Positions 36,601 to 47,737 of a DNA stretch of 64,000 nt are shown here, one piece after another. The DNA lies in contig NIVC01000028.1 of assembly GCA_002269645.1 (NCBI GenBank), forward strand, positions 323,873-387,872. The letters run 5' to 3'. How positions within the stretch are numbered: position 1 is the stretch's first letter; each line of letters opens with the position of its first letter. The DNA is from Macrostomum lignano. Its lineage: Eukaryota. The notes beneath the pieces are model-generated. The model saw only the letters and a list, made by a program, of their open reading frames with translations. It was not told the origin of the DNA and made no database searches. The position numbers and the translations under genes are program-made.

Positions 36601-37476
36601 ACTGGCTCTGATTGGCTGGCCTGAGACTGCAGCTCTGGTCACCCCAGCCGAATGCTGCAAAACTTGATGGACACAGCAGCGAACTGCTCACTCACCGCTC
36701 GATGTAGTTGGCCAGCTCTGAGTGGCCGCTGAGCCTCGCCAGGTCCGACGCCGTCCGACCCTCGCGATCCTTCAGTCCGAGCAGGTGCGACCTCTTTGAG
36801 CTTCCGTGCTCCTCGCACTCATTGAACCTTCCCTGCCTGAGCAGGTGCAGCAGGTGCTTGGCGCATTTCCAGCTTCCAGTCCGCGCCGCCTCCATCAGCG
36901 GAGTGGCGCCGTTGTCGTTCCGCAGCCACTTCGCATCGAACGACAGCAGCGTCAGCAGCCGCAAGTGGTCCCGTCGGGCTGCCAGGTGCGCAGCCGTGTC
37001 GCCGTTCGCGTCAGCCGCCTTGGGGTTCGCACCCAGCTCAAATAAGTACAAGATGCACTTTTCAGTGTGCACGGGAGTCTCAGGAGCGTCGGCCACCTGC
37101 ATGAGGACGGTCCGACGAGCTGCATCAGCGCTGGTGACCAGCTGGCGCGTTGCCAGCCGCCGCACCTCGCCGAATTCACCTCGGATGACGTCGTGGGCGA
37201 GAGTCTGGAGATCGGCTGGTGAGTCTCCGACGCTTGGCCGGTTGCTGGGGTCCGGCTGAGTGAGTTCCTGCAACTGCAATTGAGGCACCCAAGCTGCCCA
37301 TTCAAACATGTGAGTGAGTCCCTGCAACTGCAATTGAGGCACCCAAGCTGCACATTCAAACATGTGAGTGAGTCCATGCAACTGCAATTGAGCCTATAAA
37401 TATTCTGTCTCAGTTTTCTCACTTTAACTTTACTTACTATTTCGTCAATAGATGGTGATCTCCGTCGCTCTGCCAT
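33634..37476 (-). CDS. Paralog B: ankyrin-ankyrin-Ser/Thr kinase (MAP3K/STE11-like), predicted 694 aa. Exons: 37476-37438, 37267-36696, 36150-36102, 36028-35547, 35100-35059, 34611-34248, 34170-33634
   Basis: GT-AG junctions with compatible phases (0,2,0,2,2,0); total 2085 nt open. Kinase motifs GRGGFGEV, AAK, HRDINCSN, DFG, GTLNFMAPE, DIWAFGC. A possible extra donor at 33686 could change the C-terminus. Confidence 0.82.
34651..35045. repeat. 13/15-bp minisatellite (TGTAGCTGTGTGC) in the pre-effector intron of B; homologous arrays at 13155-13232 (A) and 44948-45313 (C)
   Basis: Same unit at the same intron position in all three paralogs. Confidence 0.93.
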
Positions 37477-38255
37477 GGCTGCAAGCTCAGTCCGTCAGTC
37501 GCAGGTGTCTCAGCTCAGCCCGAGAGTGGTGCAGGGCAGCGGCCGCCTCTGCAGCAGATTTTATTGGCCCTGGAGCAGCTGCAGCGAATTCCTTCTCACC
37601 CTGCCTTTCTGCCTCTCCTATTGGCTCTGAGGGAACAGCAGAACTGCTGCAATGTCGGTGCGTGGCTACTTGAAGCAGTCAGTGTGTGACTGCGGAATTT
37701 CTTGCGAAGTTGGTGCAATTAACATGAGTAGAATGCATGAGGGGGCTTCTGGGACAAAATTTTTCACCTCCTCCATAATCCCATTAAATCCATCCATATT
37801 ATCCCCGACAGAATCAGAGCAGGTGTCCACTGATACCTGTTATGCTCACTGACACAGACATAATCCACTGACATCCACCCATAGCATCTTCGAAACAATC
37901 AGAAAATAATCTGCATTCTTCTCCCCACATTCAATCCGCAACGTGCTACCAGATCCCTAAGACTTTAAATCCCCTAACCCAGGGTCCTCACCCTTTAAAA
38001 AAAATTAAATTCTCAATAAAAATGTTTCCAGTTGTCTCTCCAGGTTCTTATTATACTCAGCCTAATCCATTGTACAAACCCAAGTACCGATGCAAACTTG
38101 AATGCAGCGAGTACATGAGAAAATATTGGCCCGGCGTTAATATCAATGTCTCTAATATTAATATTATATTTTTGCGCTCCCTCAGCAAATAGCAGTTACC
38201 CCACCCCTTTTCGAAATGCAGCTGTTGCGCTTGGCTGCGAATAATCTTTCCCGAC

Positions 38256-38756
38256 TCAAGCGCCTCTCTCAACCCCCAGCTCTTTCAACAGTCTTCCCAA
38301 TTCATTGTTTGGAGCACACAAAATAAACCCTGCTCCCGTGCGTCCGCCCTCTCTCCCTGTGCACCCGCCCTCTCTCCCCGTGCACCCACCCTCGGCGCCG
38401 ACCCCCAACCCCAACTTTGTCTTACCAAAAATAACCGCCTTGACTAATTTCCTAGCAATCGACTCACGAAATCCGCTTGAAATCCCCATATTGTCGAGTC
38501 TCCTGAGGATTTCTTTGTCCCAGCGATTCTTCTCCTCAGGAAAATCTCTATATTTAACATCGTGCCACATGCAGACAGAGTCTAGCTCGTTCACAGGCTC
38601 ATGCCCAGGATTTGGATTATTGTTTTTATCTAACTGTATTTCAAATGGATTCAAAGGCCCACAATATTTGTACCCGGGAAGTGTCCAGCCTTTGTTTGGA
38701 TGAGGAAGCTTTTCTATCAGTCCATGTGAATCTAACTTACCACCAGAGTGTTGCAT
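38256..38756 (-). CDS. Parvovirus VP1u-like phospholipase A2 (adintovirus PLA2X-type)
   Basis: WTLPGYKYCGPLN Ca-binding loop and PVNELDSVCMWHDVKY catalytic HD motif; ATG at 38756. Confidence 0.88.
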   Translation of the reverse strand: MQHSGGKLDSHGLIEKLPHPNKGWTLPGYKYCGPLNPFEIQLDKNNNPNPGHEPVNELDSVCMWHDVKYRDFPEEKNRWDKEILRRLDNMGISSGFRESIARKLVKAVIFGKTKLGLGVGAEGGCTGREGGCTGREGGRTGAGFILCAPNNELGRLLKELGVERGA

Positions 38757-38786
38757 TATTTTATTTAAAATTTTCTTTTTAAAAAA

Positions 38787-39360
38787 ATGACAGATCAGAA
38801 ACTTAAAAAACTCTACTACAGCGACAAAGGATTCTTTGTAGGCAAAAATGCCGTTAGTAAACTCATGGAGCTGAGTAAGGAACCAAAAGCTACAGTAGAA
38901 AAATGGCTCTCTAAGCAGGCTGTCTACCAAGTCTATTTCCCACCAGTAAAATTTGAAAGGCCCCATTTCAGTATTTATAAACCTAATGAGGCGCACCAAG
39001 CAGATCTTCTGTTTCTCCCCAATGACTCAGGCTACAAGTATGCTCTTACAATTATAGACATTGCTTCCAGATATAAGGAAGCTCGCCCACTCAAGACGAA
39101 GAAGTCAGAGGTCGTTGCCAGCGCACTGCAAGAGATCTATGAAACCTCTCCTCTAACCTATCCAGAAATCTTTATGACGGACCCTGGTAAGGAATTCATG
39201 GGTGCAGTGAAATCCCTTATGGAAAAGAAAAACACAGAGATTCGCTATGGCAGAAAAAACTTGCACAGAGACCAGGCTTTTGTGGAAAGATTCAATCTAA
39301 CTCTAGCCAAGAGGCTATTCAATAAGCAGACAGCTGAGGAGCTGAAACTAAAAAGTGGTC
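38787..39360 (+). pseudogene. Polinton retroviral-like (DDE) integrase, 3'-truncated
   Basis: HQADLLFLP, TIIDIASRY, TDPGKEF, VERFNLTL. After ~39360 the ORF runs into the antisense strand of the next gene (deletion junction). Confidence 0.85.
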
Positions 39361-39380
39361 AGTACTATTCAAAATATTTA

Positions 39381-39668
39381 CTATTTAAACACACTAATAT
39401 TAAATTCATGCTCACAATCATCACGATCGGGGCAGCCCTCTCCTGCCTTAATTGTTATACCTTTGTCTCTTGCAATCTTTTGCAATTCCAGCTGGTGGGC
39501 TCTATCATTCCCAGCTTTAACAGCAGTTGCTACACCTCCAGCTACACCACCTGCGGCACTTACAGCGCCTGCAATGATCGGAATAAGAGCTGCTAATGGT
39601 AGGATTCCTCCTGACTTTTCATCTGTGATGCTGTGTCTTTGCTCATTACACTGAACTATTTGCTGCAC
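39381..39668 (-). CDS. Small Polinton virion/core-type protein with a GGILPLAALIP motif (adenovirus pX/pVII-like)
   Basis: SGGILPLAALIPIIAGAVSAAGGVAGG resembles the GG(I/F)LP-LIP precursor motif of adenoviral core proteins; start uncertain. Confidence 0.55.
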   Translation of the reverse strand: MQQIVQCNEQRHSITDEKSGGILPLAALIPIIAGAVSAAGGVAGGVATAVKAGNDRAHQLELQKIARDKGITIKAGEGCPDRDDCEHEFNISVFK

Positions 39669-42600
39669 GGGATCGATTTTTACTTTGGCACCTTTAATTG
39701 ATATAAGACCTGGTTTCTTTGATTCAATGATTTTATTGAGATTGGGAAATATGTATAAATATGTATGGGAAATATGTATGGGAAATATATATATGAATGT
39801 GGGGAGAAGAATGCAGATTATTTTCTGATTGTTTCGAACATGCTATGGGTGGATTTGGAGCTGTTATGCTCAGAGCATAAACCCTCAGAGCATAACAGTA
39901 GGACACCTGTTATGCTCTGATTCTGTCAGGGATAATATGGATGGATTTAATGGGATTATGGAGGATGTTTTGTGAGCGAGTGCGACCCCCCTTTTTTTTC
40001 TGATTCTGTCAGGGATAATATGGATGGATTTAATGGGATTATGGAGGATGTTTTGTGAGCGAGTGCGACCCCCCTTTTTTTCTGATTCTGTCAGGGATAA
40101 TATGGATGGATTTAATGGGATTATGGAGGACGTGAAAAATTTTGTCCCAAAAGCCCCCTCATGCCTTTTACTAACATGGCAAATATGAATAATAATTTTT
40201 TTAGGCAGACTCCATTTGTCGATCGGGAATTCGAATTGGAAAATACTTTGCTGCGGTGAAGCAGATCAGTGAAAATAAAAACAGCGTCAGCACATTATTG
40301 TTCAGTAAGTATTCTGCTCAGACTCAACCAGAAGACTCAGACTGCTACTTAGCAGTAGTCAGTGAGTGCTTCTAGAAGCTCACAGTTGCTACTTCAGCTC
40401 AAAAATCCACACTGACAAAACTGTTGCGAGTCGGCAGCGCCAAAAACAAGGAGACTATTTGGAATTAAGAAATTCAGAAATTTACTTATCGAACCCCTGG
40501 TCAGCTGATGGGTGCCTCCTTAGTTTAGAGATGCCAGCAGTGGTGAGCTGCTGCAGGCCTTCAAGGCTTTCTTCGGTGCCCTGCAATCGCAAAACCAAAG
40601 CGAAAACCTTTGAAGTTACACGCAGGCAATACTTGAAGGACAAACTTTTTTTGACTGCTGAAGTGCGAGGGCAGTCCATAAAGAAGTTACGGTTTTGCCT
40701 GTAGATTATTTATTTAACAAGTTTGGAGCCATTGGAATGCGCAAATCTTAAATTTCATTTGACTGAAAATCTTGTTATTTAAGTCTTTAGTTGAATTCGC
40801 TGAGTTGTCAGTTTAAGGGCGGTGATTTTTATCAATTCAAACTGCGGCAAGAATTTGCCATTGATTGAAACAAAGCTGGTGCCGATCAGGGCAGATTCCG
40901 TCTGCGGGTTCCTCAGCTTCAGGGGAAGAGCAGCTGAGGCTGCGGCTGAGTGGCCGAGATGCTGCCGAAACTCTCGAAGGCTGGCCGAATTGCAGTTGCT
41001 TTGCAGGTGGATATACTTTGCCGATGAAGTTGGTATTCTTGCACTGAATTGAATATCGAGAGAAAATATTATTGTAGAATAATTAGTCGCTACCAGCAAC
41101 TGCTTTCATGGCGTGACGTCAGAGTGCTGACGGGCTGCCATGCACACCAGCGAGCGACCACGCAGTCAATTCTGATCGACGACGAGCGGGCGCAAAACGG
41201 ATTATTCAATTTTTCGTAATTTCCACAGACAAAAATGGTTGCAGCAATAATCAGCTGATGCAAGCAGACATAGAAACCATCAGGTGCTGCTGTAAGAAAT
41301 TTAGAGTTCGAACATTCACTCTGCAGTTGCATATTTTTACAAATTCATCACACACTGCTCTGTGAATTGAGGCTGTTCTCTCCCCAGACAGCCTCCCAGC
41401 CTCTTCAAGTCATGCATGGATTTGACATTCCCCAGATAAACTATTTAAGCAATGAAAACCAAGCACTCATCGGTAATATACAGAAATTCGCATAAATTTT
41501 AACAGCTAAAAAAGTATTTTCTTATTAAAGCAAACTCGAACTTCACGTGCTTCAGCTTTGAGCAGTCGTGAGTTATCTAAGAATTCATAGTTTGAGATTG
41601 GCTCACCTTGTATTGGGCACACAGAGCCGCAGGCGGGCAACTTCAGCGCCAAGTCGCACTGCAGGCACTGCGGCACTGATAAGGGCTGCCGATTCCCCAG
41701 TGCAGAAACTGCCTCGAGTCCGGCTTATCTGCTCTGAGAGACTTTTGCTGCTCCTGGAGAGCAAAAACTGGCATGATTCGGAGACTTTTTCGATAAGATT
41801 TGAATAAAGTTTTGCTTTTGCAAGCAAAACACATTGGGAGGCTCTTGAGAAGCCAGCATTACTTATTTCTGGCGTTTATTGCTATTTTTCAACATGATGG
41901 AGTGAAGTATTTGTGCTGCAATGCCGCCCCGCAATGTCGGCCGCTTGAGTTGGCGGGGCCAACCCGGCCTCCGATGTACAAGGCTTCATCATAACCCAGC
42001 TCAGCTTCCTCATTCTCCATCAGACCCCTGCTCAGCTTCCTCATTCTTCATCAAATTTCACAAATTCTGTTTTCCAGCGTCCGTGATTTCTGAAAAAAAT
42101 CAAATGGGACTTTATAGAAATCGGTGGATGATGAGCTGTGATGGAGAATGGAGATCATGAGCTGTGATGGAGAATGGGGATCATGAGCTGTGATGGAGAA
42201 TGGGGATCATGAGCTACGATGGATCATGAGTGATACTGAGCACTATTGGCCTCACTATCATTCGAGTAACAACCGAATCTCTGAGCTGCAAGTCGGTGGG
42301 TGGAAGAGGTTCACGCCCCCAGACTCGAACAGAACTGCATCAGGTGCGCACTGAGATTCCGATCAGACCCGATCTGCAGAGGCTGATGAGTCACAAGAGT
42401 TGTCCAGCCTGCACTGTGCTGCAATTCACTCTTGGCTGCAGCTGATTAACTTTATGCCTGCAGCTTTGAACTGAGACAGGGGATCGAGCTGTACTGAAGA
42501 CCAGTCTCTGCTCACCATCTTGCAGTCTCGCCCACCGAAATACGGGATTTCTAGTGAGGTTTCTGAAATTCCCAGTGTCTCTCCCATAAAGTCCGCAGCT

Positions 42601-43228
42601 TTAAGTCCTGCATGGCTAAGAGCAAACCTGTGGTAGTGAATATCTGAATTTCAGTGTTGTATTGCTGTTCAGAGGGCTCAGTGAGATGGCATCAGCAGGA
42701 ACTTTAGTATCTGAGTAAATAAATATTATTATTACAATCTTGCAATTTATATTATTGGCATTGAAATTAACCTAATATGTACTGAATATAGAGTTCCAAG
42801 TGTGCCGATTTTTTATTTTATAGTATTTTTGAGGCAAACTAATGGATACAAAGTCAAATGGTGAACAAAAATTTCGACCCAAAAGGAATTAAAATAAAAT
42901 CTGGAACGCAGAGTAGTTGAGCTTGTTTTCATTGGTACCGATATGAAGGCCCAAAGCTAGTGCGATTCTCTGCTGGACTTTGGTAGAATTTTCAATGTCT
43001 TTATCTTCCTGAGTCACAGGAAAAGCACTTTATACTTTTTTAAATTAGAAACTTTATCGGAGATTTCCTGTTTAACTTTAATTTATAGTGGGGAGCACTA
43101 TAAAAGTTCCAAATGCACTCAACAAGGAAGTGAACTTTGCTTTCCACCCCACACAGCACTTTAGGCAGGACCCATTCCCCTAAGGCATCTTTGGTCTCGC
43201 AGTCCTCCATGTTTCGCAGCCCAGTTTA

Positions 43229-43469
43229 GGGTCGCCATCATAAGCTCCAAAAATCACATCGTCGAAAAGTTTAGCAACCACAATCTCTAGCTCTAACCCT
43301 AACCTAACCCTAAGGCACTAACCCTAACCCTTAACCTAACCCTCAACCGTAACCCTACTTTTCGACGATGTGACTTTTCGAGCTTGTGATTTTTCGAGCT
43401 TATGACTTTTCGGGCTTGTGATGGTGGATGCTTTTCGACGATGTGATTTTTCGAGCTTGTGATGTGCCC
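43229..43469. mobile_element. MITE with 9-bp TSD (Mutator-like), inverted arms and a central telomere-like (CCCTAA) tract
   Basis: TSD CCCAGTTTA at 43220-43228 and 43470-43478. Absent from the duplicated segment in B (33261). GGG..CCC termini; arms TCACATCGTCGAAAAG and CTTTTCGACGATGTGA. Confidence 0.8.
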
Positions 43470-43937
43470 CCCAGTTTATGGTTTGCTAATCTGAACTGTG
43501 ACAGGGTGCACTTTAATTCTGGGTTGGAAATTTCTACATGCACATGTAGCACATGCTTTTCGGTTGACCAGTACCATTTAAAACTAAAGTAAAAGTGACT
43601 CAGATCTGAACAGCTCGGTAATCTTTGTCTACTCTTTGTCTACTCTTTGTCTAATATTTGTCTACTCTTTGTCTACTATTTGTCTACTCTTTGTCTACTC
43701 TTTGTCTACTCTATGTCTATGCTTTGTCTACTCTTTGTCCACTCTTTGTCTACTCTTGCAATTTCTAATTTAAAACTCAGGCACTACCAGTACTTTGGCT
43801 ATCTTGTAAAATTATCATGTCAGGGACGAAAAAAGTTTCTAAAAATTGCTCAAACGAAGTTTACTGCAGACAGTTCCAAACTAAACAAAAGCTACGTAGA
43901 AATTTTCGCCATCGAAGAGCGCTCTGACCGGTGTCTG

Positions 43938-46900
43938 TCATTTCCGTGCACCAAAAAACGAGCTCAGGAATCGCGGTTTCAGCTTCCCACCCGCCAGGTA
44001 CTCGTGCCCCATCAGCTCCAGTGCGGATCTTCTCTTCCTGCGGTCCTTGGCGGTGCAGCGGCTGTAGAAATCCCTCAGCTCTGCGGACCGGCCGTCCGGC
44101 AGGGCGGGGGCGCCCCGCTTGTCGATCAGCTGGGCCATTTCTAGCAGGCGTTTGGTGTTCGCGAACGGCCTTGAGCCGGACGCCATCTGGAAGACGGAGC
44201 AGCCGAACGCCCAGATGTCCGACTCTCTGCTGTACTGCACGCTGTCCGACTCTCCCGCTCCGAGCAGCTCTGGCGCCATGAAGTTCAGAGTGCCTTTGGG
44301 TGACTGAGTGGAGGCTGACACGTGGCTGACTGACTGCTCCAGCTTGATTGACAGGCCGAAGTCGATCAGCTTGATTCGCGTCTTGTCAGCACAAACAATT
44401 ATGTTGGAGCAGTTGATGTCTCTGTGGATGACGGGCGGCTGCTGGCTGTGCAGGTAGAGCAGCGCGCGGCAGATCTGCGAGCGGTCGGTCAGTGAGCAGT
44501 CATCATTCATGGGAACATGGAGCAGGAGCATCAAGGATGCACAATGCTCACCTGCTCGCTGAATTCTCGGGTCGTCAGCTCGTCCAGCGGCTTGTTGTCG
44601 ATAAACCTCTCCAAGCTTCGGCCGTCCAGCAGCTCCATGAACACAACGACTGTGGCGGGCTTCGGCTGAGCGATGTGCAAGAACCTGACGATGTTGGGAT
44701 GCCGCAGTCGGCACAGGTTTCTCTCGCTCTCGACAGCTCTGTGGATCTCTGAGCTTACATCGGTTTGGTCATCACCGAGCTGCACAGGCAGTCTGAGAGT
44801 CTTGGCAGCGCACGTGACGCCTGTGTCAGTTCGAACTTCGTGGACTTCGCCGAAGCCTCCGCGGCCGATGAGACGAACGGCGTCCCAGCGCTTCAGGAAT
44901 GGGGGTCTGAGGGGATGCGAATTGAGGCAATGAGGGATAATATGCATGCTGTAGCTGTGTGTGCTGTAGCTGTGTGCTGTAGCTGTGTGCTGTAGCTGTG
45001 TGTGCTGTAGCTGTGTGCTGTAGCTGTGTGTGCAGTAGCTGTGTGCTGTAGCTGTGTGCTGTAGCTGTGTGTGCTGTAGCTGTGTGCTGTAACTGTGTGT
45101 GCTGTAGCTGTGTGCTGTAACTGTGTGTGCTGTAGCTTTGTGTGCTGTAGCTGTGTGTGCTGTAGCTGGGTGTGCTGTAGCTGTGTGCTGTAGCTGTGTG
45201 TTGTAGCTGTGTGCTGTAGCTGTGTGTGCTGTAGCTGTGTGCTGTAGCTGGGTGTGCTGTAGCTGTGTGTGCTGTAGCTGTGTGCTGTAGCTGTGTGTGC
45301 TGTAACTGTGTGCTGAAGGAACTCACGGCAGTGCCAGAGGCTCGTCGAAGTAAATCTTGCCGTCGTACCTAAATGGGCAGTGCGAAATCTGAAGTCAGTG
45401 TGAATTCTTTTGACAGCCCATGCTCTGTGCTTCATTCTTTCCATTTCTTTAAATTAACCATATAATAATATTTTTAATAGTTTTTATTCTATTGTAAAAC
45501 GCTGTAATATTACCAGAAAAGCACAAAGTAATTCAGATGGCAAAATGCTTGCTGGTGTCTCACAGCTCGCAGGCAGCTGAACATTAACATTCAACTGGCA
45601 ATCTGCAGTCAAACTGCACTGCAAACTCCCTCAATGCAGCTCAGTCAGTGTCTGCTGCCCATTTAAACTAAAAAAATGTAAAAATGCCCACTCAGAGCAA
45701 CTGCAGTCAGCTGCTCAATATTCAATCATAAATTACAGCATAATGTTTATCAATGATAAATCAAAGTCAGAGAGACATTTTCAGTCGCCATGGAAACTCA
45801 CCCACGCAGCAGCTCAGCCAGTTCGCTCTTTCCCTCCTCTGTGGCCAAATCCAGCGCAGTCCTGCCGTCTCTGTTCTTCGGTCTCCAATCCGCCCCTGAG
45901 TCCAGCAGACCCCGACCGACTGCGGCGGCAGTGACGGGTGGCGCATGGGCTGCCACCATGAGGGGCGTGGATTTAGACAGACCTGCCCCTGCATTGGCGG
46001 AGGCTCCGGCAGCCAGCAGAGCGGAGGCTGCGGCAGAATTGCCAGCCCCGGCTGCACGGTGCAGGCAACTTTCACCAATTAAATTCGCACAGGTGGGGTC
46101 ACCCAGCTGCACCAGCTGCTCCCACAGAGCCTCATTACCGCACGATCTGTTCTGAGCTGCCCACATCAACGCGGTGAAACCAAAACTGTCAGGCAGGTCG
46201 CAGCTGCCGCGGGTCGCCGCTCGCCGCAGCCCCGCCAAGTCGCCCGCCTCGGCCAGCCGCCGCAGTTCCTGTCGATCCCGCTCCTCCTGCAAAGGCGAGC
46301 GGGAAATTTGAGCACAGCTGCTCAGCTGCAGCCGCATCGGCACCGCAGATGCCGCTCACCTGGTCTTTCAGGCCGAAGACCATGCCATATTTATCCATAT
46401 CCAGCCGCATCTCCCTGCAACAGAAAAATTGAGAACTGAATTTGCAATTTTCTCAAATCCGCAACTACAATCACCAAAAGAAATTTATTTATATTTTGAC
46501 AGAATCTTAGTAAACAAAAATCCCCAATTATCTGAGCAGCTCGCAGATGAAGTTTCCAAGAGGACTGCAGCAGCTCTGCAACATCAGCATTGGCGAGAGC
46601 GCATCCGACTTCTCACACGCAGCTCATTTTCCATTTCTGCAGCATGAGTTTCCTTCCATCTCACAATGTCTCACAAAGCACTCACGCACAGCCTCCCAGT
46701 TCTCCATCTGCAGCTCAACCCACACACTCTCACTGCACACCGAGGCCCTACAGCTTCCATTCTCGACTGAGATCAACCGGCACCCCATTGGCTGTGAGGC
46801 AGCCAGCCAATCACAGCTCTCGCCCATCAAGCAGAGTCAGACAGAGACAAGCTCAGCTGACTGGCTCTGATTGGCTGGCCTGAGAGTGCAGCTCTGGCCA

Positions 46901-47737
46901 CCCCAGCCGAATGCTGCAAAACTTGATGGACACAGCAGCGAACTGCTCACTCACCGCTCGATGTAGCTGGCCAGCTCTGAGTGGCCGCTGAGCCTCGCCA
47001 GGTCCGACGCCGTCCGACCCTCGCGATCCTTTAGTCTGAGCAGCCGCGACCTCTTCGAGTTTTCGTGCTTCCCGTACGCATTTAATCTCCACTTTCTTAG
47101 CAGGTGCAGCAGGTGCTTGGCGCATTTCCAGCTTCCAGTCCGCGCCGCCTCCATCAGCGGAGTGGCGCCGTTTTCGTTCCGCAGCCACTTCGCATCGAAC
47201 GACAGCAGCGTCAGCAGCCGCAGGTGGTCCCGTCGGGCTGCCAGGTGCGCAGCCGTGTCGCCGTTCGCGTCAGCGGCCTTGGGGTTCGCACCCAGCTCAA
47301 ATAAGTACAAGATGCACTTTTCAGTTTGCACGGGAGTCTCAGGAGCGTCGGCCACCTGCATGAGGACGGTCCGACGAGCTGCATCAGCGCTAGTGACCAG
47401 CTGGCGCGTTGCCAGCCGCCGCACCTGGTCGAAGTCACCTCGGATGACGTCGTGGGCGAGAGTCTGGAGATCGGCTGGTAAGTCTCTGACGCTTGCCCGG
47501 TTGCTGGGGTCCGGCTGAGTGAGTTCCTGCAACTGCAATTGAGGCAACCAAGCTGTACATTCAGACATGTGAGTGAGTTCCTGCAACTGCAATTGAGGCA
47601 ACCAAGCTGTACATTCAGACATGTGAGTGAGTTCCTGCAACTGCAATTGAGCCTATAAATATTCTATGTCTCAGTTTTCTAACTTCAACTTTACTTACTA
47701 TTTCGTCAATAGATGGTGATCTCCGTCGCTCTGCCAT
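43938..47737 (-). CDS. Paralog C: ankyrin-ankyrin-Ser/Thr kinase (MAP3K-like), predicted 694 aa. Exons: 47737-47699, 47526-46955, 46414-46360, 46286-45802, 45368-45327, 44906-44552, 44474-43938
   Basis: Same exon and phase structure as B; total 2085 nt open; kinase nearly identical to B. Confidence 0.82.

Larger units (their letters stand above)
37727..40172. mobile_element. Internally deleted Polinton/Maverick (adintovirus-type) element, 2446 bp
   Basis: TIRs beginning AGTAGAATGCATGAGGGGGC and ending GCCCCCTCATGCCTTTTACT. Perfect 6-bp TSD AACATG (37721-37726, 40173-40178). Absent at the homologous site upstream of paralog C. Carries integrase and PLA2 genes. Confidence 0.93.
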
